From assembly GCA_042216675.1 (NCBI GenBank), contig JBDGTS010000022.1:13924-33859 (forward strand): 19,936 nt of DNA, written 5' to 3'. The notes beneath the pieces are model-generated. The model had not been told where the DNA came from. It saw only the letters and a program-made list of their open reading frames with translations, and ran no database searches. The position numbers and the translations under genes are program-made. Source of the stretch: Halobacteriaceae archaeon (lineage in GTDB: Archaea > Halobacteriota > Halobacteria > Halobacteriales > Halobacteriaceae). Positions 7,180 through 15,512 of the stretch are shown here, one piece after another (within the stretch, counting starts at the first letter, position 1; the number at the start of each line of letters is the position of its first letter).

Positions 7180-9475
7180 CGTCGCCCGCGAACGCGTCCA
7201 GCAGTCGCCGCGCGAGGGGCTTGTCCAGCGGTTCGTTGGCGTTGCCACACTGGGGCGACTGGACGCAGGCCGGACAGCCGTCGTCGCAGGGGCACTCCGC
7301 CAAGAGCGACCGGGTGCGGTCGGTCAGCGTCGCCATCTCTTCGAACGCGGCGCGCGTGAGGCCGACGCCACCGGGGTGCCCGTCGTAGATGAACACGGTG
7401 CTGGCGCCGGTGTGCTGGTGGCGCGGCGTCGAGAGGCCGCCCACGTCGCCCCGGTCACAGAGCACCGTGAGCGGGAGCAGGGAAATCATCGCGTGTTCGG
7501 CGGCGTGAATCGCGCCAGCGAAGTCGCCTTCCGCGGCGCGCAGGTCCCGTTCGACGTCCTCGGGCACGGTGTAGTAGAGACCCTCGGTCCGAAGGGTCTG
7601 TTCGGGCAGGGAGAGGGACTGTCGACCGAGCGTCGTCCCGCGCGTGGCGTCCCGGCGCTCGAACCCGGTGACGCGTTCGCGGACGGTGAGTTCGGCGCGG
7701 CGCACCGGGACGTCCTCGCGGGCGAGCGGCCGGCGCTCGGTCACGTCGCGCTCCACCGTCACGTCTTTGTCGGTGAGGACGCGGGTGTGGTAGTCCGCCC
7801 ACGTCCGAGAGAGCGTCGCCACGTCGCGGTCGAGGTCGAGGTCCGCCACCTCGAACGTCTCGCCCTGATGGTGGTAGATGGCGCCGGGGTGCGCGTCGCG
7901 CAGCGCGTCCCCCAGCGGGAGCGACCCGATGGCGTCGTCGCCTTGCTGGTCGAGGAGCGTCACTTCTCGGTCCTCGATGGTGCGCAGGCTCACGTCGTGT
8001 TGGGGACTCCCGTCCGTCGACGTCCACCGGACGCCGTCGCGGGTGTCCCGGCGGTCGAGGCGCCCCGCCGATTCGAGAGTGGCCACGGTGTCCGGAAACC
8101 GCTCGCCGAAGTGTCGCTCGTCGTCCCGCGAGAGCCAGTTCTCGGCGGCGGCGGAGACGACGTGGGCCGGCAGAATCTCGCCGTTTTCGGGGTTCGCTAC
8201 GGCCCGCTCCGGGTCGCCGTCGAACAGGTCGTCGGGGTTGCGCATCACGTACTGGTCGAGTTGGTCGCCGCCCGCGACGAGACAGACGAGGCTGGCGTCG
8301 TCGCCGCGGCCCGCGCGGCCCGCACGCTGGAACGTCTCCATCCGCGTGCCGGGGTAGCCGTCGAGAATCACCGCGTCGAGACCGCCCACGTCGACGCCGA
8401 GTTCGAGCGCGTTCGTCGTCCACGCGCCGCGCACGTCGCCGTCGCGGAGCCCCGTCTCCAGTTCCCGACGACGCTCGGGGGTCAGCGCGGCATGATAGGC
8501 CGCCACGGAGTCCGCGCGGTCGGATTCGCCTCGCTCCCTGAGTCTGTCGGCGCTGTCCATCGCGTACCGCTCGGCGGCCTGTCTGGCGCGCGTGAAGACG
8601 AGCGTCTGGTAGCCACGCGACACGAGGTCCGCGAACAGTTTCATCGACTCGACGTGGCCCGAGCGCCGGCCCGATTCGGTCTCGGGCGGGTTCCACGACA
8701 GCCACCGCTTGGAACCGGACTCGCTGGCGTCGTCGTCCACGAGGCGAAACGAGTCGGCTGGCTGACCGGTGACGGTGCTGGCGTGGTCGACGGGGTTCGC
8801 CACCGTCGCGGAACAGCAGACCCAGTCCGGATCCGCGTCGAAGCGCTCGCAGATGCGGGCGAGACGCCGGAGCGTGAGGGCCACGTGGCTCCCGAACACG
8901 CCCCGATACTCGTGCACCTCGTCGACGACGACGGTTTCCAGCCCCGAGAAGAACCACTCCCAGAGCCGATGGGCGTGGGGCAGGAGGGCGTAGTGGAGCA
9001 TGTCGGGGTTCGACAGCAAGACGGTGGGGCGCCTGTCGCGCACGTCCTGTTTCTCCGTCTGCGAGAGCCGACCGGTGTACTGGTCGACGCTGACGCGGCT
9101 CCCGAAGCCGAGGTCGCGGGCCAGCGAGGACAGCGAGTCGGCCTGATCGGCGAGGAGCGCGTTCGTCGGGCCGAGGTAGAGCGTCCGCCCGCCGTGGTCC
9201 ATCGCTCGCTCGAACGCTGGCACCGTGTACGCGAGGCTCTTGCCACTCGCCGTCTGCGTCGCCAACACGGCGTTCTCGCCGTCCCGAACCGCCTCGATGG
9301 CGTCGGCCTGATGGGCGTACAGCGAGTCGATGCCGCGGTCCGCGAGGGCGTCGGCGAGGCGCGATTCGAGGGGCACGTCGCGGAGTCGCGCCTCCGACCC
9401 GGGCACCGTCCGGTCGTCGACGAGTTGGTCCTCGTAGTAGCGTCGGCCGCGAAGCCAGTCGGCCACGTCGTCCAC
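7175..9475 (-). CDS. DEAD/DEAH-box SF2 helicase with C-terminal DUF1998 Zn domain (Hrq1/MrfA/SftH family)
   Basis: LYAHQ Q-motif, TASGKS, NPDMLH, VVDEVH, SAT, TNALELGVDVG, QRAGRAGR, HAAEHA, FIYDGHPGGVG and CPCDDGCPAC; GTG start; 766 aa. Confidence 0.93.
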   Translation of the reverse strand: MDDVADWLRGRRYYEDQLVDDRTVPGSEARLRDVPLESRLADALADRGIDSLYAHQADAIEAVRDGENAVLATQTASGKSLAYTVPAFERAMDHGGRTLYLGPTNALLADQADSLSSLARDLGFGSRVSVDQYTGRLSQTEKQDVRDRRPTVLLSNPDMLHYALLPHAHRLWEWFFSGLETVVVDEVHEYRGVFGSHVALTLRRLARICERFDADPDWVCCSATVANPVDHASTVTGQPADSFRLVDDDASESGSKRWLSWNPPETESGRRSGHVESMKLFADLVSRGYQTLVFTRARQAAERYAMDSADRLRERGESDRADSVAAYHAALTPERRRELETGLRDGDVRGAWTTNALELGVDVGGLDAVILDGYPGTRMETFQRAGRAGRGDDASLVCLVAGGDQLDQYVMRNPDDLFDGDPERAVANPENGEILPAHVVSAAAENWLSRDDERHFGERFPDTVATLESAGRLDRRDTRDGVRWTSTDGSPQHDVSLRTIEDREVTLLDQQGDDAIGSLPLGDALRDAHPGAIYHHQGETFEVADLDLDRDVATLSRTWADYHTRVLTDKDVTVERDVTERRPLAREDVPVRRAELTVRERVTGFERRDATRGTTLGRQSLSLPEQTLRTEGLYYTVPEDVERDLRAAEGDFAGAIHAAEHAMISLLPLTVLCDRGDVGGLSTPRHQHTGASTVFIYDGHPGGVGLTRAAFEEMATLTDRTRSLLAECPCDDGCPACVQSPQCGNANEPLDKPLARRLLDAFAGDV

Positions 9476-9639
9476 GGTGCCCCTCGGCGTCGGGCGCGCA
9501 TTTCACTTTCGGTCACTCGTCCCGGGGCGGCACTTTCTTGTACGTCTGTGGCTGAACGCCTCTCACGAATGACTGCAGACGCGACGACGCGCGCTCGAAC
9601 CGGTCCGGTCCTGCGGCCCTCCCCGTCGGATGGTGAGCC

Positions 9640-11058
9640 GTGGTGACGGCCGACGACCGCCCCTCTTTCGAAGCCCTGTTCGACGCCGCCCCGGACGCGA
9701 TGCTCCTCGTGGGGAGCGACGGTCGCATCCGACTGGCCAACGAGCGCACCGCCGACCTCTTTGGATACGACGCCGCCACTCTCGAAGGCGAACCGATCGA
9801 GATACTGGTTCCCGAGGACGTCCGCGAGGACCACGCCGAACTCCGGAACGCGTACTTCGACGACCCCGAGCGCCGCCCGATGGGGGCCGGCCTCGACCTC
9901 GAAGGGCAACGCGAGGACGGGTCGACGTTCCGCGTGGACATCGGCCTCAGCCCGGTAGGCGAGGGGGCTGTCCTCGCCACAGTCCGCGACATCTCGGACC
10001 GCCTGAGCCTCCGCCGGAAGTACCGCGCGCTCCTCTCGACGATACCGGACGCCGTCGTGGTGACCGACGTGGACTCCGGCGAAATCGTCGAGGTGAACGA
10101 CGGCGCATCGGCGCTGTTCGGCCGCGACCGGGCCGACCTCATCGGGAGCCACCAGACCTCGCTCCACCCCGCGGGCCAAGAGGAGCGCTACCGAGACCTG
10201 TTCGAGCGGCGCGTCGCGGCCGGGACCGCCGTCTTCTCGTCGTTTCCGGACGGCGACGACATCCTCGTCGAAACCGCCGACGAGCAGCGCGTCCCGGTCG
10301 AAATCAACGGTCGCGTGGCGCGCCTCGACGACCACCCGGTGCTGATCGGGGTCTTCCGCGACGTCTCCGAGCGCCGCGCCTATCAACGGGACCTCGAACG
10401 CCAACTCGACCGCGTGGAGACACTCGCGAACATCCTCTCACACGACCTCCGGGGGCCGCTGAACGTCGCGGAGGGCTACCTCGACCGCGCCCGGACCGAC
10501 GAGGCGACGGTGTCCGAGTCACTGGACAAGGTCGCTGACGCCCACGACCGGATGGAGACCATCATCGACGACGTGCTGACGATGCTCACGGAGACCGGCG
10601 AACCCGACCTCGGGCCGGTCCACCTGCGCGAGACGGCGACGGAGTGCTGGTCGGCTGTCACCGGCACCGACGGCACCCTCGTCGTGCGTGACGACGCCGT
10701 GTTCGAGGCCGACCGCCGACAGGTCCGTCACGTCTTCGAGAACCTGTTTCGAAACGCGGTGGAACACGGCGCGGACGAGTCGGGGTCGGGCGTGACCGTG
10801 ACCGTCGGCGTTCTCGACGTGGCCTCGGGCATCTTCGTCGCGGACGACGGCCCCGGCATTCCGCCGTCGGACCGCGAGGCGATTTTGGACCCCGGCTACA
10901 CGACTCGACCCGGCGGGACCGGTCTCGGCCTCGTCATCGTCGCGGAAGTGGCGAACGCGCACGGCTGGGACCTCTCGATCACCGAGAGCGCCGCCGGCGG
11001 CGCCCGCTTCGAGTTCACGGGCGTCTCCATCCTCGGCACCGGCCCCAGCGACGGATAG
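9640..11058 (+). CDS. Cytoplasmic sensor histidine kinase with two PAS domains
   Basis: Two PAS repeats (APDAMLLV..DGRI..ANE...LFGY; IPDAVVVTD..SGEIVEVN), H-box SHDLRGPL, N-box ENLFRNAVEHG, G1 DDGPGI and G2 GTGLGL; no TM segments. Confidence 0.93.
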   Translation: MVTADDRPSFEALFDAAPDAMLLVGSDGRIRLANERTADLFGYDAATLEGEPIEILVPEDVREDHAELRNAYFDDPERRPMGAGLDLEGQREDGSTFRVDIGLSPVGEGAVLATVRDISDRLSLRRKYRALLSTIPDAVVVTDVDSGEIVEVNDGASALFGRDRADLIGSHQTSLHPAGQEERYRDLFERRVAAGTAVFSSFPDGDDILVETADEQRVPVEINGRVARLDDHPVLIGVFRDVSERRAYQRDLERQLDRVETLANILSHDLRGPLNVAEGYLDRARTDEATVSESLDKVADAHDRMETIIDDVLTMLTETGEPDLGPVHLRETATECWSAVTGTDGTLVVRDDAVFEADRRQVRHVFENLFRNAVEHGADESGSGVTVTVGVLDVASGIFVADDGPGIPPSDREAILDPGYTTRPGGTGLGLVIVAEVANAHGWDLSITESAAGGARFEFTGVSILGTGPSDG

Positions 11059-11107
11059 CCGGCGCCTATCCGCGGGACATAAGCAGGTGGCCCCGAAACC
11101 GACGCCC

Positions 11108-12202
11108 GTGTTTCCGCGCATCGAACTCCTCGACTGGATGCAGGGGCGGCCGGCCGCGGCGCTCCACGACCTCGGGACGACGGGGCTCCGCGGCACACGG
11201 GACGTGGGCGACGCCGTCGTGCCCGACCCGGTGGCCGACCGCGACGACCCGCCCGCCGGCGTCAATCTCCACTCCCTGCTCGCCGCCGAGTACGGCGTCC
11301 ACCCAAAGCAGGTGGTCGTGACCGCCGGCGCCAGCCACGCCGCCTTCCTCGCCGCCGCGGCCGCCGTCACCGACTCCGACGCCGACCAGCCACGCGCGCT
11401 CGTCGAACTCCCGGCCTACGAGCCACACGCGAAGACGCCCGCGGCCGTCGGCGCCGCGGTGGACCGGTTCCGCCGGACCGCAGAGGCAGACTTCGCTCTC
11501 GAACCCGACCGCATCGAGGCCGCGGTCCGCCCGGCGACGGCGCTGGTGACCGCGACGAACCGCCACAATCCGACCGGTGCGCTCGCCGACCGCGCGACGC
11601 TGGCCGACGCCGCCGACGCGGCCGGCACCGAGGACGCGCGCCTCCTCGTGGACGAAGTGTACGCGCCCTACGTAAGCGAGTCCGACGCCGAGCGGACGGC
11701 CTTCGGCGGTCCGACGGCCGCGGGCCTCGACGGCGCTGTCGTCGTGAACTCGCTCTCGAAGTTCTTCGGTCTGCCGGACCTCAGAGTCGGGTGGCTCGTC
11801 GCCGACGAGGCGTTCGCGGAACGCGCCCGCGCGGCGAAGCACCACGTGCCGGCCGTCGCGGACGTGACGGAGCGACTCGCCGCCCGCGCCGTTCACGCCG
11901 CGGGCGCCATCGCCGACGAACAGCGAGCGCTCTGTACCGAGAACGCGGCGCTCCTCCGCTCGTTCGTGGACGACCGACCGGACGTGACGGGTCGCGTCCG
12001 ACCCGACTGCCCGTTCGTGGCGCTCTCCGCGCCGGGGCGACCGGCCGACGAACTCGCCGCCGCCGCGTGGGAGCAGGGGGTCCTGGTGGTCCCCGGGCGC
12101 TTCTTCGGCCTCGACGACCGGGTGCGCGTCTCGCTCGGCCGCTCGCCCGAGGAGAACGCCGCGGCGCTAACGGCCCTCGACGACGTGCTCGGGTCGCCGT
12201 GA
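11108..12202 (+). CDS. PLP-dependent aminotransferase, class I/II
   Basis: VTAGASHA, NRHNPTG, VDEVY, PLP-lysine motif SLSKFFGLPDLRVGW, VLVVPGRFF and RVSLG. GTG 11108 (MFPRIE) is preferred over 11087 because CATAAG lies about 25-30 nt upstream. Confidence 0.88.
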   Translation: MFPRIELLDWMQGRPAAALHDLGTTGLRGTRDVGDAVVPDPVADRDDPPAGVNLHSLLAAEYGVHPKQVVVTAGASHAAFLAAAAAVTDSDADQPRALVELPAYEPHAKTPAAVGAAVDRFRRTAEADFALEPDRIEAAVRPATALVTATNRHNPTGALADRATLADAADAAGTEDARLLVDEVYAPYVSESDAERTAFGGPTAAGLDGAVVVNSLSKFFGLPDLRVGWLVADEAFAERARAAKHHVPAVADVTERLAARAVHAAGAIADEQRALCTENAALLRSFVDDRPDVTGRVRPDCPFVALSAPGRPADELAAAAWEQGVLVVPGRFFGLDDRVRVSLGRSPEENAAALTALDDVLGSP

Positions 12203-12237
12203 GTACCTTTAAGCCACGGGGACGTGACCCGATACGC

Positions 12238-12528
12238 ATGGACGCGACCCCCCAAGAGATAACCACGCTCGTCGGCCGCGAAGTGTACTCGAACAACGGC
12301 GTCTTCGTCGGCGAAGTCGAGGACCTGCGCCTGAATCTGGACAGCGAAGTCGTCACCGGACTCGCGCTGACGGCCGTCAACGAGGACTTGCTCGGCGCCC
12401 GCACCGCGGGGTCTGCGGGCGTCATCATCCCGTACCGCTGGGTGCGCGCGGTCGGCGACGTCGTTCTCGTCAACGACGTCGTCGAGCGACTCGGCGAGTC
12501 GGACGAGGAAGAGGAAGCGGTGGCCTAA
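12238..12528 (+). CDS. cdpB1: PRC-barrel domain protein, probable cell-division protein CdpB1
   Basis: 96 aa MDATPQEITTLVGREVYSNNGVFVGEVEDLRL...GVIIPYRWVRAVGDVVLV, a classic PRC barrel. TATA TTTAAG at 12208-12213. The paralog (B1 vs B2/B3) is assigned from memory of haloarchaeal sequences. Confidence 0.75.
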   Translation: MDATPQEITTLVGREVYSNNGVFVGEVEDLRLNLDSEVVTGLALTAVNEDLLGARTAGSAGVIIPYRWVRAVGDVVLVNDVVERLGESDEEEEAVA

Positions 12529-13976
12529 CTGCCGTTCGAACTCTCGCTCTCCACGACGCCCATCGCGTCGAACAGTTTTCGCGTCACCGCCTCCTCGGCG
12601 AGTTCCAACAGCGTCTCGCGATTGTCCTCACTGGAGTCGAGGCCCGTGAAGATGCCGAGCGGAATCTCGACGCTGGCCTGCGTCGAGTGGCCCGCCGTCT
12701 CGCCGATGTCACCGAAGGCGTCCGCGAGGACGTTGCCGATGTTCATCCGGATGTCCTTCGACCGGGCCGAGAGGTAGATGGTGTCGTCGACGATGCCGAA
12801 GACGGCCGTCGTCGTGATGCCCTCCAGATTGAGGAGTTGCTGGGCCGCCTGCGAGAGGGCGTCGCGGTCCGTGATGAACCCCGCGTTCGAGACGAGGTGG
12901 CTCCCCTCCACGTCGCGGTTGGTGATGGCCTCCGCGAGGACGTCGAGGGTCTCGGCGCTCATGTTCGGCGACTCCACCTGTTCGAGGGTGTCGTGGTCCG
13001 CGAAGGGGTAGAGATACGCCGCGGCGGTGAGGTCAGCGGGCGTCGTGTCGCGCCGGAAGTCGAGCGTCGCCGCGCGGATGCCGTACAGCAGGGCGGTGGC
13101 GACGGCCTCGCCGACGTTGAAGTCGTACTCCTGGATGTACTTCGTCAGGATGGTCGAGGTGGCCGAGATGTTCGGCCGCACGTCCGTGAACTCGGGCGCG
13201 AACTGCTCGCCGGGTTCGTGGTGGCCGATGTAGGCGTCGACGGAGACGCCGAGGGCCACGTCGACGGACTCGGTTTGGTCGATGAGCGCCACCGTGTCGT
13301 ACTCGTCGAGGTCGGCGTCAGGATACGCCGTGAGGTCGATGCCGAGCAGATTGACGAACGCGCGGTTCTCCTGTCTGCCGATGTCGCCGAAGTAGACGAT
13401 GTCCGACTCGACGCCGAACTCCTCGGCGATGGCCTGCAGGGCCGCGGCGCTGGCGATGGCGTCCGGGTCGGGGTTGTCGTGGGTGACGATGGCCATCCGG
13501 CCCTCAGTCGACTGGATGACGGAGGCGAGTTGGCTCGCGCGGTACTCCAGTTCGCCCGATTCGAGGGCGCGGAGCGCCGCGTCCGCGATGACGGAGGAGG
13601 GGTTGATGACCACGTCGGCGCCGAGGTCGCTGAGTTCCTCGCTGGAGACGGGGTCGCTCGCCCGCACGACGACGTACTGCTCCTCGTGTTCCGTGCGGAT
13701 ACTGCTGACCGCCGCCTCGTTGGCCTCCACGTCGGAGGAGAGAATGAGGACCACGTCGCGGTCGGCGACGAGGTCGGCGATTTCGGGTTCGCGGATGTCG
13801 GCCGTCTGCGCGTTGAGGTCCTGGTCGCGGAGCGCCTCCACCCGACTCTCGTCGTTGTCGACGATGAGGACGTCTTTCCCCCGTTCCGTGAGTTCCTCCG
13901 CGACGGCGTGCCCGACGCTCCCGCACCCGAGAATCGCGTACGAGGACATAGAGGAGATCGAGGCGCTACTGCTCAT
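12525..13976 (-). CDS. RCK/TrkA-N domain fused to a DHH/DHHA1-family phosphoesterase
   Basis: N-terminal Rossmann ILGCGSVG; DHH motif I HDNPDPDAIAS, then QENRAFVNLL, ATSTILT, ATALLYGIR and LSARSKD. The DHH position reads GHH. Confidence 0.88.
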   Translation of the reverse strand: MSSSASISSMSSYAILGCGSVGHAVAEELTERGKDVLIVDNDESRVEALRDQDLNAQTADIREPEIADLVADRDVVLILSSDVEANEAAVSSIRTEHEEQYVVVRASDPVSSEELSDLGADVVINPSSVIADAALRALESGELEYRASQLASVIQSTEGRMAIVTHDNPDPDAIASAAALQAIAEEFGVESDIVYFGDIGRQENRAFVNLLGIDLTAYPDADLDEYDTVALIDQTESVDVALGVSVDAYIGHHEPGEQFAPEFTDVRPNISATSTILTKYIQEYDFNVGEAVATALLYGIRAATLDFRRDTTPADLTAAAYLYPFADHDTLEQVESPNMSAETLDVLAEAITNRDVEGSHLVSNAGFITDRDALSQAAQQLLNLEGITTTAVFGIVDDTIYLSARSKDIRMNIGNVLADAFGDIGETAGHSTQASVEIPLGIFTGLDSSEDNRETLLELAEEAVTRKLFDAMGVVESESSNGS

Positions 13977-14104
13977 AGCACTACCATCGCCACGGTACGT
14001 ACTTAATTCCCTTGCGACGGGCGCGGGTGGTCCGTGCAACAAACGGCCCGGCGATTTCCCCGAAACAAAACCTATATCCGCGACCGGCGGAAACGCAAGA
14101 GTGA

Positions 14105-14178
14105 GGGCCGATAGCTCAGTTAGGGAGAGCGTCTGACTCTTAATCAGACGGTCGGGGGTTCAATTCCCTCTCGGCCCG
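14105..14178 (+). tRNA. tRNA-Lys (anticodon CTT)
   Basis: Acceptor stem GGGCCGA/TCGGCCC, D arm GCTC..GAGC, anticodon arm TCTGA-CT-CTT-AA-TCAGA (CTT at 14139-14141), T loop GGTTCAATTCC, no encoded CCA. TATA-like CCTATAT at 14071-14077. Confidence 0.97.
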
Positions 14179-14279
14179 CTTTCTGACGAACGGAGTGAGT
14201 CGAACGCGGCACGAGCGGAATTGAACGAGAGAACGTGAGCGAAGCGAGCGTTCGCGTGGTTCAATTCCCTCTCGGCCCG
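14157..14279. repeat. tRNA-3'-end-derived repeat element: exact 22-bp direct repeat (14157-14178 and 14258-14279), an intervening degenerate inverted copy (~14205-14226) and two hairpin-loop motifs
   Basis: GGTTCAATTCCCTCTCGGCCCG occurs twice. GAATTGAAC (14218-14226) is the reverse complement of GTTCAATTC. The loop motifs are GAACGGAGTGA (14188-14198) and GAGCGAAGCGA (14237-14247). Confidence 0.9.
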
Positions 14280-14419
14280 TCCCGCTTCCAGTCGGGTGGT
14301 GTTTCGTGCGATTCCCCGGATTCTACCTCTCGGAGACGGTGACCGACCCGTTCCTCGTGAACCGCCGGCCGCCAGCGGTGTGGCGCCGCTGCGACCCCGG
14401 GCCGCTCGCCGTGCCGGAG

Positions 14420-14827
14420 GTCCGATGGCATCCCAGCACCCGTCGGTGAGAGGCGGGTCCGAGGACGACGGCGGGTCTGGCTCGCCATCGGCCGCCGTCC
14501 GCTCTGCACAATTCGAGTTGCGGCGGGTCGCGCCGTACACAACCGTGCCCGACGCGGTGGCGAGGCCCCGCGGCGCTATTGATGCTGTCGCGGGGATGCG
14601 CGCCCGGTTCGTGAACTGCCGCGCGAACTCGCGCGCGACTGCCTACCGCATGTCGCCGCCGCCCGTCGCAGGCTACAGCGTCTCGCTCATGCTGTACCCG
14701 AACAGGGAGAACTGCCCGATGCCGACGAGGACCACGACCGCGATGGGGCACGGCCACCCCAGCACGAAGTCCGTCGCGTCTATCGCCGCGTCGAGATGGA
14801 ACCACGAAGTCGCGGTTTCGGTGCCAT
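14420..14827 (-). pseudogene. Decayed small membrane-protein gene resembling pleolipovirus internal membrane (matrix) protein VP3
   Basis: ATG 14827 gives MAPKPRLRGSISTR. After a frameshift near 14785 it reads IDATDFVLGWPCPIAVVVLVGIGQFSLFGYSMSETL*PATGGGDMR*AVA...FTNR, with in-frame TAG at 14673-14675 and 14643-14645. The 3' boundary is approximate and the VP3 similarity is from recall. Confidence 0.6.
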
Positions 14828-14927
14828 ACTGCGGTCGGAGGCTTCGCGGAGAGGGGTCTAAACCTCGGTAATTGAATATTTTGTTGGTACTCAGAAGGGG
14901 AGAATTGTGTCTGGGGAGTTTAGCGCA

Positions 14928-14941
14928 TGAAAAATGAAAAC
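14928..14941 (-). terminator. T-rich tract (TTTTCATTTTTC on the minus strand) downstream of the pilin gene
   Basis: Oligo-T runs about 20 nt after the pilin stop, typical of haloarchaeal terminators. Confidence 0.45.
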
Positions 14942-14960
14942 CGCAAATCGGCGAAGGTCG

Positions 14961-15512
14961 TTACGAGAGCGTCACGGTCTGGTCGACGACCGTGGACTCA
15001 GACGGCACGTGGATGATTTCGATGACGTAATCCGTGCCACTGCTAAGTTGGGTGTCGGCCGTAGTCCCGTTAGTGTCTCGAATCGTCATCGAATCCCCAA
15101 CCCCGAATGAATCGCCAGATTGCCAGTTAGCCGTGTCACCGTTCACTTGGATTTCGAGGTCGGTGTTACCACTCGACCAGCTTCCACTCTCCCAAGTAGC
15201 GATTACGGAGCCAGCAGTCGAGCGAATGTTCACTTTGATGTCGTCGTGGGCCAGCGAATCACCGTTGTTGTGGGACAGGACGAACATGTCGAACGCGCTG
15301 CCCGACGCGGTGCTGTCTTGCGCGTCCTGAACGCTAATTGAAGCCGTTGGCGCCGTGTTTCCGACGTTTTGCCCCAGTCCCAGCACGAAGGTCCCGATGA
15401 CCGCCGCCAGAATGACCGTAATGGCCACCATCAGGATGACCCCGATGACGGGGGACACCCCGGTCTTGTCCTCGATGAATGCCGTGTAGCGCTCTTTGAG
15501 TTCGTTGATCAT
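14961..15512 (-). CDS. pilA: Archaeal type IV pilin (Pilin_N/DUF1628, PilA type)
   Basis: Class III signal peptide KTG|[29 protein letters not shown], the conserved haloarchaeal PilA H-domain, followed by AP.AS, H.NGD and a C-terminal IIHVPSES. One N-glycosylation sequon (NGT). Start taken as ATG 15512 (MINELK). Confidence 0.93.
   Translation of the reverse strand: MINELKERYTAFIEDKTGVSPVIGVILMVAITVILAAVIGTFVLGLGQNVGNTAPTASISVQDAQDSTASGSAFDMFVLSHNNGDSLAHDDIKVNIRSTAGSVIATWESGSWSSGNTDLEIQVNGDTANWQSGDSFGVGDSMTIRDTNGTTADTQLSSGTDYVIEIIHVPSESTVVDQTVTLS

Noticed and set aside
7175-9475. DUF1998 helicase as part of an antiviral system (DISARM, Druantia, Dpd)
   Set aside because: There is no methylase, PLD nuclease, SNF2 helicase or other defence gene nearby. 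GC is host-like, the neighbours are housekeeping genes, and the architecture fits Hrq1/MrfA.
9640-11058. Orphan histidine kinase as a novel signalling system
   Set aside because: Stand-alone PAS kinases without an adjacent response regulator are very common in haloarchaea.
12525-12528. 4-bp overlapping stops of convergent genes (also 3970-3973)
   Set aside because: A common feature of compact haloarchaeal genomes, with no further evidence of function.
14157-14279. CRISPR mini-array or second tRNA gene
   Set aside because: There are only two direct copies, both identical to the tRNA 3' end, with a 79-bp structured spacer and no cas genes. The second copy lacks D and anticodon arms.
14160-14871. 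ORF-track calls in this region (126, 93, 191 and 160 aa)
   Set aside because: They are Arg/Pro-rich, non-acidic and mutually overlapping. A broken membrane-protein frame on the minus strand explains the region better.
14179-15512. Intact provirus or integrative element at tRNA-Lys
   Set aside because: There is no integrase, Rep, spike or ATPase gene and no distal att copy in the window; only relics are visible.
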